DNA of 64,000 nt. Source: an uncultured Verrucomicrobiae bacterium (GTDB lineage: Bacteria > Verrucomicrobiota > Verrucomicrobiia > Limisphaerales > DSYF01). A model generated the notes under the pieces. It worked only from the letters and a program-made list of their open reading frames with translations, had not been told where the DNA came from and searched no databases. Of this stretch, positions 29,466-38,121 are shown in pieces. How positions within the stretch are numbered: position 1 is the stretch's first letter; every line of letters begins with the position of its first letter. The translations under genes and the position numbers were made by a program. The stretch spans positions 15,604 to 79,603 of the forward strand of contig CAVVUP010000026.1 of assembly GCA_963751435.1 (NCBI GenBank). The letters are read 5' to 3'.

Positions 29466-30491
29466 TCACCTCGGCAATCCTTTGTAGAGAAACACGCCGT
29501 ACGCCGCGATGAAGACCAGGCCCAGCCAGCGCGGCACCCCCTTGAACACCATCGTCAGCACAAAGTGCAGCGCCAACGCAGCCGCCAGGAGTCCCAGCGC
29601 TTCCCGGAACAGCACCGGAACCTTCAGCGGATGGTAAAGCGCATACACCCCCACGCAGAGCGGGATACAGATGTGACCGTCACCCGCTTGTGAGGTGTAG
29701 ACCACCTCCGGCCGTCCGCGCCAGGCATAGTAGAGCGCCAGCAACGCGTTGGGCAACACCATCAGCCAGCCGCTCAGCCAACCGAGATACTTCGCGCTCA
29801 AAAAGCCGCTGTCCGTCCGGGACACCCAGCCAACCAGCCAATCCGTGCTGAAATAGATCCCATACGCGCCCACCGCCAGCAGCAGCATGTCCACGGGCAA
29901 GGTCCACGTGAACGTCCGATTCTGCCGCACGTTGCTCTTGAGCACCTCGAACACGTGGAACACCTGCCAGAACAGGAACACCCCCACCAACACCAGGCCG
30001 TCGCTAACATCGATCCGCCCATCCCGTCCCAACGCCCAGACCACTCCGGTAAAGAACAGCCCGGCGACCAGGGTGAGCATCAGGGACAGGCGGTTCACAT
30101 GCGATTCCTGGACCGCGCTCTTCTTCTTGCGGCCCTCGGGCGACAGGCTCAGGCCCCAGATCACCGCCGGCAAACCGATCAGCAACGTCAGGTTGGTGAT
30201 GTTGTTGACCAGGGCGTTCTCCATCACTGCGGAACCCGGTCCACGGCGTGCGCCCATCATGAAGGCGAAAATCAGGTTGCCGATCCCCGAGCAATAGGGC
30301 ATCACCAGCGTGCCCAGCACAGTGCCCTCGAACCCGCCGTCATTCATCGCCTCCAGCCGCCAGATCATCAGGAACGACGACGCTATGAACACCCCGGTGA
30401 AAATCAGGGGTGCCCACGGCCCGGTCGATTCAATGGACGCAACCAGCGATTGCAACCGGCGCAGTAAACCAATCGCGGGTGAACGGGCCAA
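29466..30491 (-). CDS. CaCA (Na+/Ca2+ exchanger)-like polytopic membrane protein with degenerate alpha-repeat motifs
   Basis: About 10 hydrophobic segments. ENALVNNITNLTLLIGLP resembles the GNALGSNIFN.LL.LG alpha-1 tail, but the usual GTS(L/A)PE is replaced (VMPYCSGIGN; VLPNALLA). Confidence 0.5.
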   Translation of the reverse strand: MARSPAIGLLRRLQSLVASIESTGPWAPLIFTGVFIASSFLMIWRLEAMNDGGFEGTVLGTLVMPYCSGIGNLIFAFMMGARRGPGSAVMENALVNNITNLTLLIGLPAVIWGLSLSPEGRKKKSAVQESHVNRLSLMLTLVAGLFFTGVVWALGRDGRIDVSDGLVLVGVFLFWQVFHVFEVLKSNVRQNRTFTWTLPVDMLLLAVGAYGIYFSTDWLVGWVSRTDSGFLSAKYLGWLSGWLMVLPNALLALYYAWRGRPEVVYTSQAGDGHICIPLCVGVYALYHPLKVPVLFREALGLLAAALALHFVLTMVFKGVPRWLGLVFIAAYGVFLYKGLPR

Positions 30492-30597
30492 GCGGTTTTA
30501 CAAGTGATGTCCGTTCGAGTTCCCGACATGGATGCCATGGGGATTCTGTAACCGCTCGAACGGCGGGGGGTCACGCGGGGAAATGGGCCAAAGCCCC

Positions 30598-30897
30598 TCA
30601 GCCTGCTCCCAATCGTTCCAACACCTCCCCGGCCTTCATTCCGTGGATCCGGAACACCTTGTGGCGCGAGGTCGGGCCGCGGACCAGTGCCACACGGCTG
30701 CGACCGATCCCGAGCGTCTTGGCCAGCAGTTTGACCACGGCTTCGTTGGCGGCGGAATCCACCGGTGGCGCGGTGACCTTGACGCGCAGTTCGCCACCCA
30801 GCGGTTCGCCGATCTCCTCCCGCGAGGCGCGGGGCTGGACCTTGACCGAGAGCAGCACCCCGTCGGGTTGCGCTTGAAGGAAGGCGGGCGTGCTCAT
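30598..30897 (-). CDS. DUF167 (YggU) family protein
   Basis: DGVLLSVKVQPRASREEI..GELRVKVTAPPVDSAANEAVVKLLAKTLGIGRSRVALVRGPTSRHKVFRI. ATG at 30897. Confidence 0.85.
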   Translation of the reverse strand: MSTPAFLQAQPDGVLLSVKVQPRASREEIGEPLGGELRVKVTAPPVDSAANEAVVKLLAKTLGIGRSRVALVRGPTSRHKVFRIHGMKAGEVLERLGAG

Positions 30898-31114
30898 GGT
30901 CTGCCCAGTCTGATAGCGCGGGTGGACGCAAGCGACAACCCATTTCCGGGGCGCGCCGCTGGTCGGGGCCCGTCCTCCCAATCCACCGTGGCAGAGCGGC
31001 GGCGGAGGGTGGACACTGCAAATCCTGGCGGTTCATCGAGCGGTTCCTGCAAAGCCTGGGCTGCGGGGCAACCGCACAAGCCCGGCCGCCTGTTGCCAGA
31101 CGTTTGCGCGCCGG

Positions 31115-31158
31115 TCACACAATCGTAACACCCTTGTCGCACAGATGCCGTTGTGTGA
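31115..31158 (+). promoter_or_regulatory. candidate response-regulator box: three 7-nt direct repeats at 11-nt spacing plus one inverted copy, 12-55 nt upstream of the regulator ATG
   Basis: TCACACA atcg TAACACC cttg TCGCACA gatgccgt TGTGTGA. This has the 7+4 periodicity typical of OmpR/PhoB-family sites, and the last element is the exact reverse complement of the first. Confidence 0.3.
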
Positions 31159-31169
31159 CACTGGCCAGC

Positions 31170-31871
31170 ATGGTAGCCAAGCCGCACGAGATTGTGAAAA
31201 TTCTGGTAGTCGATGATGAGCAGGATGCGGTGGACCTGGTTGCCTTCAACCTGAAGCAGGCCGGGTTTCAGGTCATCACTGCGGAGGACGGGGCGGAGGC
31301 GCTGGACAAGGTCCACAAGCACCAGCCCGACCTCATTGTGCTGGACGTGATGATGCCCGAGCTGGACGGGTTGGAGGTGTGCAAACTGCTTCGGCGCGAC
31401 CCGGCCACGGCGGGCATTCCACTGCTGATGCTGACCGCCAAGGCCACGGAGGTGGACCGGATTCTGGGGCTCGAACTGGGAGCCGATGACTATGTCACCA
31501 AGCCGTTCAGTCCACGCGAGCTGGTCCTGCGCATCCGCAAACTGCTGGCTCGGGGCAAGCCGCGCGAGGACCGCAGCGAGCGCATGGTGTTCGGCAACCT
31601 GACCATCGACATTCCGCGTCATCTGGTCAGTTGGAAGGGCGACTCCCTCGAACTGACCGCCACGGAGTTCAAGCTCCTCACGACGCTGGCCGAACGCCGC
31701 GGGCGCGTGCAGTCGCGGGATCAATTGCTGCGGGACGTTTGGGGCTACGAAAGCCTGATCGACACGCGCACCGTGGACACGCACATGCGGCGGCTGCGCG
31801 AGAAACTGGGGCCGGCCGCCCGTTACCTGGACACCGTTCGGGGCGTGGGCTACCGCTTCGTCGACCAATAA
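31170..31871 (+). CDS. OmpR/PhoB-family response regulator
   Basis: ILVVDDEQD..DLIVLDVMMPELDG..LMLTAK receiver domain, then a winged helix (LTATEFKLLTTLAERRGRVQSRDQLL..VDTHMRRLREKL..VRGVGYRF). Confidence 0.92.
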   Translation: MVAKPHEIVKILVVDDEQDAVDLVAFNLKQAGFQVITAEDGAEALDKVHKHQPDLIVLDVMMPELDGLEVCKLLRRDPATAGIPLLMLTAKATEVDRILGLELGADDYVTKPFSPRELVLRIRKLLARGKPREDRSERMVFGNLTIDIPRHLVSWKGDSLELTATEFKLLTTLAERRGRVQSRDQLLRDVWGYESLIDTRTVDTHMRRLREKLGPAARYLDTVRGVGYRFVDQ

Positions 31872-31891
31872 ACCGACCTCCCGGCGCTGCT

Positions 31892-33082
31892 GTGTGGCTT
31901 TCCTTGGCAATTGCGGCCCTGCTGGGCCTGGTGCTGCTCCATCTCGGGTGGCGCCGGCGCTATGTCCGCCTCCAGCAGCAGCACCGGCAGGCCATCGCCC
32001 GGCTTTCCATCGATTCCCAGTCTGCCGCCGAACAAGCCGTCTCCCGTCAGCGCGCCGTGTTCGACAGCATGGTCGAGGGCCTGCTGCTGCTCGACCGCCA
32101 GGGCCGCGTGCAACTGGCCAATCGCAAGTTCATCCAGTCCTTCGGCCTCGGCGACGAGGTGCAAAACCGCACCGTGCTCGAAGCCACGCGCTCCCATGAA
32201 CTGGCGGACCTGGCCGCCGGCGTCGCCGAACACTCCGGCATGATCACCCGCACCCTGCGCCTGCCCGGCCCCCAGGAACGACACGTCGAGGTCAACGCCG
32301 CCCCCATCATCGGCCGGAACGGCGAGCAGGAGGGTGTGGTGATCGTGTTGCATGACGTCAGCCGGCTGCGACGCCTCGAAAAGACCCGCGAGGAATTCGT
32401 GGCCAATGTCAGCCATGAACTGCGCACCCCGCTCTCACTCATCAAAGGCTACACCGAAACCCTGCTCGACCACTCTCCCAAGCCCCCCGAGGTCGTCGAG
32501 AAATTCCTCGGAACCATCGATCGCAACGCCCGCCGCCTCCAGTTTCTCATCGAGGATCTGCTCGTCATCTCCTCGCTCGAATCAGGGCGGATCCAGATGG
32601 AGCTCCGCCCCCGACCGCTCCGGCAACTGGTCGAAACCGCCCTGGCCGACTACCAGCCCGCCGCCAAGGAGCGCGATGTGCGGTTCCATCTGGACCTGCC
32701 TGATTTGAGGGTCAATGTGGACGAGGAACGCCTTCACCAGGTGCTGGGCAACCTGCTGGACAACGCCATCAAATACGGACGGCCCCAGGGCAACATCACC
32801 CTCACCGCGCGCTCCCTGCCCGAGAACACCGTCGAGGTGTGTGTGCGCGACGACGGCCCAGGCATCCCCTCGGACTCGCTGGACCGCGTGTTCGAGCGGT
32901 TCTATCGCGTGGACAAAGCCCGCTCGCGCGACCAGGGTGGCACCGGCTTGGGACTCTCGATCGTGAAACACATCATCCAGAACCATGGCGGACAGGTCTG
33001 GGCCGAGAGCGAACTGGGCAAGGGCGCCGCCATCTACTTCACATTGCCCAAGGCCTTTCCCGTCGCGCAACCCCAGGCCTGA
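31892..33082 (+). CDS. PAS-containing sensor histidine kinase (PhoR-like)
   Basis: TM (WLSLAIAALLGLVLL), PAS (FDSMVEGLLLLDRQGRVQLANRKF), HisKA (EFVANVSHELRTPLSLIKGY) and HATPase (DNAIKY..VRDDGPGIP..GGTGLGLSIVKHII). GTG at 31892. Confidence 0.9.
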   Translation: MWLSLAIAALLGLVLLHLGWRRRYVRLQQQHRQAIARLSIDSQSAAEQAVSRQRAVFDSMVEGLLLLDRQGRVQLANRKFIQSFGLGDEVQNRTVLEATRSHELADLAAGVAEHSGMITRTLRLPGPQERHVEVNAAPIIGRNGEQEGVVIVLHDVSRLRRLEKTREEFVANVSHELRTPLSLIKGYTETLLDHSPKPPEVVEKFLGTIDRNARRLQFLIEDLLVISSLESGRIQMELRPRPLRQLVETALADYQPAAKERDVRFHLDLPDLRVNVDEERLHQVLGNLLDNAIKYGRPQGNITLTARSLPENTVEVCVRDDGPGIPSDSLDRVFERFYRVDKARSRDQGGTGLGLSIVKHIIQNHGGQVWAESELGKGAAIYFTLPKAFPVAQPQA

Positions 33083-33206
33083 AACCCGGGTCTGGGCCAG
33101 CGCACCGACGCCGGCCACAGCCAGCGCCTCGCCCCGTCGGCGGAATCCTGTGCCGTAGTCGCCGTGCTTGAGCCCACGCCCGACCTCGCCTAGATTCCCC
33201 GTTCAC

Positions 33207-34187
33207 ATGAGTCAATTGGACAATGAACAGGTGCAGGCGACGGCCGAATGGGTCAGGAACCTGCGTGCGGAAATCGGGCGGGTCATCGTGGGGCAGTCCG
33301 CGTTGGTGGACCGCCTGTTGGTGGGGCTGCTGGCCAACGGCCACGTGCTGCTCGAAGGGGTGCCCGGCCTGGCCAAGACCATGAGCGTCCGCACCCTCGC
33401 CGACTGCGTCCAGGCCTCGTTCCACCGCATCCAGTTCACGCCCGACCTGCTGCCGGCCGACATCATCGGCACCCTGATTTACAATCCGCAGGACGGAAAG
33501 TATCACGCGACCAAGGGGCCGGTGTTTGCCAACTTTGTGCTGGCCGACGAGATCAACCGTGCCCCCGCCAAAGTGCAGTCGGCACTCCTCGAAGCCATGC
33601 AGGAACGCCAGGTGACCCTGGGGGGCGAGACCATGCCCCTGCCCAAACCGTTCCTGGTGCTGGCCACCGAGAACCCCATCGACCAGGAAGGCACCTACCC
33701 GTTGCCGGAAGCCCAGGTGGACCGGTTCATGTTCAAGGTCCTGCTGGATTACCCGGCGTTCAATGAGGAGCGCGCCATCCTCGACCGCATGGCCTTCACC
33801 ACGCCCGAGATGCAAGTCAATCCGGTGGTGGATACCGACGCCATCCTGCGCGCGCGCAAACTGGTGGACCAGATCCGGGTGGACGACCGGATCCGGGATT
33901 ACATCGTTCAACTGGTGTTCGCCACGCGCAAGCCGGCGGATTACAAGCTGGATATCCAGCATTACATCCAATTCGGCGCCTCGCCGCGGGCGACCATCTA
34001 CCTGACGGTGGCCAGCAAGGCTTGGGCGCTGCTCCAAGGCCGCGCTTATGTCATCCCTGATGACGTCAAGAGCATCGCGCCGGACGTGTTGCGACACCGC
34101 ATCATCCCCACCTACGAGGCCGAGGCCCAGGCCGTCACCACGGACAACCTCATCAAGCGTATCCTGAACACCGTCCCTGTCCCGTGA
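33207..34187 (+). CDS. MoxR-family AAA+ ATPase
   Basis: VIVGQSALVDRLLVGLLANGHVLLEGVPGLAKT..IQFTPDLLPADIIGT..NFVLADEINRAPAKVQSALLEAMQERQVT.. ATG at 33207. Confidence 0.93.
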   Translation: MSQLDNEQVQATAEWVRNLRAEIGRVIVGQSALVDRLLVGLLANGHVLLEGVPGLAKTMSVRTLADCVQASFHRIQFTPDLLPADIIGTLIYNPQDGKYHATKGPVFANFVLADEINRAPAKVQSALLEAMQERQVTLGGETMPLPKPFLVLATENPIDQEGTYPLPEAQVDRFMFKVLLDYPAFNEERAILDRMAFTTPEMQVNPVVDTDAILRARKLVDQIRVDDRIRDYIVQLVFATRKPADYKLDIQHYIQFGASPRATIYLTVASKAWALLQGRAYVIPDDVKSIAPDVLRHRIIPTYEAEAQAVTTDNLIKRILNTVPVP

Positions 34188-35101
34188 CCGCTCAGGAAAT
34201 CCTGGCCGGCGTCCGCCGCGTCGAAGTCCGCACCAACCGTCTGGTCAACGACATGATGGTCGGGGCTTACCTCAGCCATTTCAAGGGCCGGGGCATGGAC
34301 TTCGAGGAGCTGCGCGAATACATGCCCGGCGACGACGTGCGGGACATCGACTGGAACGTCACCCACCGCATGGGCCGACCGTTCGTAAAGCGGTTCCGCG
34401 AGGAGCGCGAGCTGGCCATGGCGCTGGTGGTCGATGTCTCGGCGTCCTCGGCCTTTGGCTCGTCGGACAAGACCAAGCGCGAGTTCGCCACCGAGATTGC
34501 CGCCACGCTGGCGGTATCGGCGGCGCGCAGCAGCGACAAGGTTTCACTGCTGCTGTTCACGGACCGCATCGAGCTCTATGTCCCGCCGCGCAAAGGCCGC
34601 CGCCACATTCTCCGGCTGGTTCGCGAGCTGTTGGCGCATCCACCCAAAGGACGCGGCACGGACATCCCCGGCGCGCTGGCCTACCTGAACCGGGTGCTGC
34701 ACCGGCGCTCGATCGTCTTCCTGCTCACGGATTTCCTCCACAGCTTCGGTCCCCGGGACGCCGGGAGCGGGGCCGGACGCGACACCGTGCGTGAGATCGG
34801 GCTGACCCAGGCGCGGCACGACCTGGTCTGTGTGCACCTGTGCGACCCGCGTGAGAAGGAATTGCCCGCCGCCGGCCTGCTCACCGTCGAGGACGCCGAA
34901 ACCGGCGAGACACTCGAAGTGGATTCCCAGAGAGCGTCCGTGCGCCAGACCTACGCCCGGGCCAACGAACAGCGTCTCGAGGATCTCGACGCCACCCTGC
35001 GACAGTCAGGCGTTGATACCCTCCGGTTCAACACGGCGGAGGAGTTTCTCCCAACCCTCCAACGCTTCTTCGAAACCCGGCGGGGAAGGAGGAGCGGGTG
35101 A
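34184..35101 (+). CDS. DUF58 protein (MoxR-associated, VWA-like)
   Basis: GAYLSHFKGRGMDFEELREYMPGDDVRDIDWNVTHRMGRPFVKRFREERE..VVDVSAS. GTGA overlap with the moxR stop. Confidence 0.9.
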   Translation: MTAQEILAGVRRVEVRTNRLVNDMMVGAYLSHFKGRGMDFEELREYMPGDDVRDIDWNVTHRMGRPFVKRFREERELAMALVVDVSASSAFGSSDKTKREFATEIAATLAVSAARSSDKVSLLLFTDRIELYVPPRKGRRHILRLVRELLAHPPKGRGTDIPGALAYLNRVLHRRSIVFLLTDFLHSFGPRDAGSGAGRDTVREIGLTQARHDLVCVHLCDPREKELPAAGLLTVEDAETGETLEVDSQRASVRQTYARANEQRLEDLDATLRQSGVDTLRFNTAEEFLPTLQRFFETRRGRRSG

Positions 35102-35886
35102 TGAGCGCAAGTCCGAAGTCCGAAGTCCGAAGTCCGATAAGGGACGGGTCGCCCGGAACCGGCGTAAGGCTGTCGACCGGACACACACCAGCCCCCATCC
35201 GCCGACCCCATCCGTGCCATGCCTCCCATCCGTCCCATCCGTCCCATGGCCCCCTGACCATCGGCTATTGGCTATTGGTGCTGACCGTAGTGCGCGCCTG
35301 CGCGGCCACCAACGACCTGGCCAGCCCCGACGACATCCCGCCACTCCGACCGCCCAAGCCCGAGATCGCGCCGGGCTTCTGGGAACAACACGGGCTCTGG
35401 GTTCTGCTCGGGGGGATCGTGGCAGCCACAGCCATCGCCCTGCTGTGGCGGGTGCTGTCCCGCCCGAACCCGCCTGCCATAGCTGCCCCCGCCGACGCCG
35501 CGCGCACAGCCCTGCGCGCCTTGGATGCCGCGCCCGAGGACGTTGCTTTGTGGGCCGCCATCAGCGGCATCCTGCGCCGTTACTTCATCGCCGCGCTGGA
35601 TTTGCCCCAGGCGGAGTTGACCAACAGCGAACTCTGCCGGGTCCTGAGGTCGCATCCGAAGGTCATCTCAGACCTATCAAGCGCCGTCACCGACCTCTTG
35701 ACGGGCCTGGAACACCGACGGTTCGGCGATCGTGAATCGGCTTCGGTTCCCAGCGATGAACAGGGCCGGTCGGGGGCGCACACCGACACCCTGCCCAAGC
35801 TGACAGTCGTCGAGAGGGCCTTGGCATTGATTGACCAGACCGAACAGGTCTTGAAGCCGCCGGTTTCGGATTCAGCGCCATCATGA
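35098..35886 (+). CDS. DUF4381-like membrane protein of the Bat operon; its N-terminal 60 aa are encoded by tandem-repeat DNA, so the true start is uncertain
   Basis: Core DDIPPLRPPKPEIAPGFWEQHGLWVLLGGIVAATAIALLWRVL fits the DUF4381 pattern (I.PP.....W plus one TM). The start overlaps the DUF58 stop (GTGATG at 35098-35103). Later starts near 35270 are possible. Confidence 0.6.
   Translation: MMSASPKSEVRSPIRDGSPGTGVRLSTGHTPAPIRRPHPCHASHPSHPSHGPLTIGYWLLVLTVVRACAATNDLASPDDIPPLRPPKPEIAPGFWEQHGLWVLLGGIVAATAIALLWRVLSRPNPPAIAAPADAARTALRALDAAPEDVALWAAISGILRRYFIAALDLPQAELTNSELCRVLRSHPKVISDLSSAVTDLLTGLEHRRFGDRESASVPSDEQGRSGAHTDTLPKLTVVERALALIDQTEQVLKPPVSDSAPS
35109..35136 (+). repeat. (AAGTCCG)x4 tandem heptamer array
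   Basis: Direct reading: AAGTCCG AAGTCCG AAGTCCG AAGTCCG. Confidence 0.9.
35193..35250 (+). repeat. CCCATCCGY-type imperfect tandem repeats
   Basis: cccATCCGCCgacccCATCCGTGCcatgcctCCCATCCGTCCCATCCGTCCCATgg. Confidence 0.8.
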
Positions 35887-36923
35887 GCACGCACTTCGAA
35901 TTCCAGTATTCCTGGGTGCTGCTGTTGCTGGCGCTGCTGCCCCTCTATGCCCTGCTGCGCGGAAAACAGGGACGCCACGCGGCACTGCGTTTTCCCAGCG
36001 CCGACCTGGCCCGGGCAGCAGGCGGCGTGTCGCGGCACGCAGCCGGACGCCTGTTGCTCTTCATGCGATTGCTCGTGGTCGGGCTCTGTATCGTCGCTTT
36101 GGCCGGACCGCGCTTCGCCAATGAACGCACCGAGACGCGGGCCAGCGGGGTGGACATCATGTTGGTGCTGGACTTGTCCTGGTCCATGATGGCCCTGGAC
36201 ATGAGCGGGCCTGGGGAGCGGATCACGCGCATGGACATCGCCCGCACGGTGATCGAGGAGTTCATTCGCGAGCGGCCCAACGACCGCATCGGCCTGGTGG
36301 TGTTCTCGGCCGTACCCTACCTGGCCAGTCCCCTCACCCTGAATCACGACTGGCTGATCCGGAATCTGCAACGCCTCCACGTGGGCTTGATCCGCGAACT
36401 CGGCACGGCCATCGGCGACGCCACCGCGTCCGCCGCCCGGCGCCTGGAATCCCAGCGGGACAGCAAGAGCCGGATCATCATCCTGTTGACGGATGGCGAC
36501 AACAACCGCGGGGAGATCGATCCGGTGCCCGCCGCGCAACTGGCCGCGGCGCTCAAAGCGAAGGTGTACACCATCGGCATAGGAATCGACCAGCCCTGCA
36601 AGCTCCCCAAGTTCTCGCCCATGACCGGTCAACTGGACCTGGATCCAGCCGGCAACGTCATTCCCACCATCCTGTTGCAACCCGCCAACTACTCGGTGCT
36701 GGGTCGGATGGCGCAATTGTCCAACGGCCGGTTCTATCGTGCCACCAACCTGCGCGAACTGCAGGGCATCTACCGCGAGATCGATCGGCTGGAGAAGACC
36801 GAGGTGACCCTGAGCCGGTCCACCACGTTCACCCCGTTGTTCCAATGGCCGTTGCTCGCCGCCGCCGCGTTGCTGGGCCTGGAACTGTTGCTGGCCGCCA
36901 CCAGGTATCGGAGGGTGCCGTGA
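35883..36923 (+). CDS. batA: BatA (VWA-domain aerotolerance-operon protein)
   Basis: N-terminal TM (WVLLLLALLPLYALL), a VWA domain with MIDAS (VLDLSWSM..), then LLTDGDNN..VYTIGIG and a C-terminal TM. ATGA overlap with the upstream gene. Confidence 0.88.
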   Translation: MSTHFEFQYSWVLLLLALLPLYALLRGKQGRHAALRFPSADLARAAGGVSRHAAGRLLLFMRLLVVGLCIVALAGPRFANERTETRASGVDIMLVLDLSWSMMALDMSGPGERITRMDIARTVIEEFIRERPNDRIGLVVFSAVPYLASPLTLNHDWLIRNLQRLHVGLIRELGTAIGDATASAARRLESQRDSKSRIIILLTDGDNNRGEIDPVPAAQLAAALKAKVYTIGIGIDQPCKLPKFSPMTGQLDLDPAGNVIPTILLQPANYSVLGRMAQLSNGRFYRATNLRELQGIYREIDRLEKTEVTLSRSTTFTPLFQWPLLAAAALLGLELLLAATRYRRVP

Positions 36924-37025
36924 GAACATCCGAGTTCAGAATCCCGATATCCGAATGAACCGCGAAGACCAAAACGTGTTCCACGTCAGCGCGCCCCGCT
37001 GGGCCACCCCCTGGCACTCCGACCC

Positions 37026-37076
37026 TCGGACTTCGAACTTCGGACTTGTCTCGGCGTTCGGTTTTCGACTTTCGGC
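37026..37076 (+). repeat. CGGACTT-type heptamer repeats (the reverse complement of the AAGTCCG family) in the batA-batB spacer
   Basis: CGGACTT CGAACTT CGGACTT gtctcggcgttcggttTTCGACTTTCGG. Confidence 0.8.
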
Positions 37077-37092
37077 CCGTCCCGATAGCGTC

Positions 37093-38121
37093 ATGGACTT
37101 CACCGACCCCCATTTTGCTGAGCCGAGCTGGTTGTGGCTGGCGTTGTTGGGACCGCTGGTGGTGCTCGGGCTGCAGGCGTATGCCGCGCGAGCCCGCCGC
37201 AGGCAGATGGAACACCTCGCTTCAGCCAGGTTCCTGGCCAGCCTGCTGGAATCCGTCAGCCCGTTGCGCCGCCGGATCAAACAGGGCCTGCTGTTGCTCA
37301 CGGTGGCCGGCATCGGCCTCACCCTGGCACGACCCCAATGGGGCCGGCAACCGGAGTCCGTGCAAACGGCTTCCGAGGACATCCTCTTCCTGCTCGACGC
37401 CTCGCGCAGCATGCTGGCGGAGGACGTTCGCCCGACCCGGCTGGAACGCGCCCGGCTGGCCCTGCTCGATTTCCTCCAGACCCATCCGGGCGGACGGGTC
37501 GGCCTGGTCGTATTCGCCGGTCAGGCGTTCCTGCAATGCCCGTTGACCTTCGACCATGAAGCGTTCCGCGAATCGCTTCTCGCCGTGGACACCGGCACGA
37601 TTCCGGTGGGCGGCACCGACCTCGGCCGCGCACTGAGCGAGGCCGTGCACGCCGTCGAGAATCCGCAGGACCGCCAGGTCATGATCCTGCTGAGCGACGG
37701 CGAGGACCTCGCGGAAGCGGGCCTGAAAGTCGCCGCCCAGTTCGCGGAACGGGATTTCGTGCTGCACACCGTCGGCGTCGGCACCACCGCCGGATGTGAA
37801 ATCCGGATCGTGAATGAGCAAGGGCAACCGGACGTGGTCCGGGACGAGGCGGGCCGGATTGTGCGGACGCAGTTGGACGAGGAAACGCTGCGCAGGATCG
37901 CTGCACTGACCGGCGGCACCTACCAGCCCCTGGGGGGATTGGGCGAGGGCCTCGTCCAAATCCAGTTGCACCTCCAAACCACCCGCACCCGCGACACCCA
38001 ACCCACAGCCGGGGCGGGCGTGGAGCGGTTCCATGTTCCTCTGGCAATCGTGATCGCTTTGCTGGTCACCGAATCGCTGGTCGGAACAAGGCGTTCGAAA
38101 CGGGTCACTCAAGCCGCATGA
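37093..38121 (+). CDS. batB: BatB (VWA-domain protein)
   Basis: MDFTDPHFAEPSWLWLALLGPLVVL.. then a VWA domain (ILFLLDASRSMLAEDVRPTRLERAR..RVGLVVFAGQAFLQCPLT..MILLSDGED..LHTVGVG). ATG at 37093. Confidence 0.88.
   Translation: MDFTDPHFAEPSWLWLALLGPLVVLGLQAYAARARRRQMEHLASARFLASLLESVSPLRRRIKQGLLLLTVAGIGLTLARPQWGRQPESVQTASEDILFLLDASRSMLAEDVRPTRLERARLALLDFLQTHPGGRVGLVVFAGQAFLQCPLTFDHEAFRESLLAVDTGTIPVGGTDLGRALSEAVHAVENPQDRQVMILLSDGEDLAEAGLKVAAQFAERDFVLHTVGVGTTAGCEIRIVNEQGQPDVVRDEAGRIVRTQLDEETLRRIAALTGGTYQPLGGLGEGLVQIQLHLQTTRTRDTQPTAGAGVERFHVPLAIVIALLVTESLVGTRRSKRVTQAA

Noticed and set aside
35109-35250. CRISPR array considered for the short tandem repeats, also at 45790-46045.
   Set aside because: The units are 7-9 nt with no spacers, there are no cas genes, and the arrays are far too short. 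These are microsatellite-like repeats.
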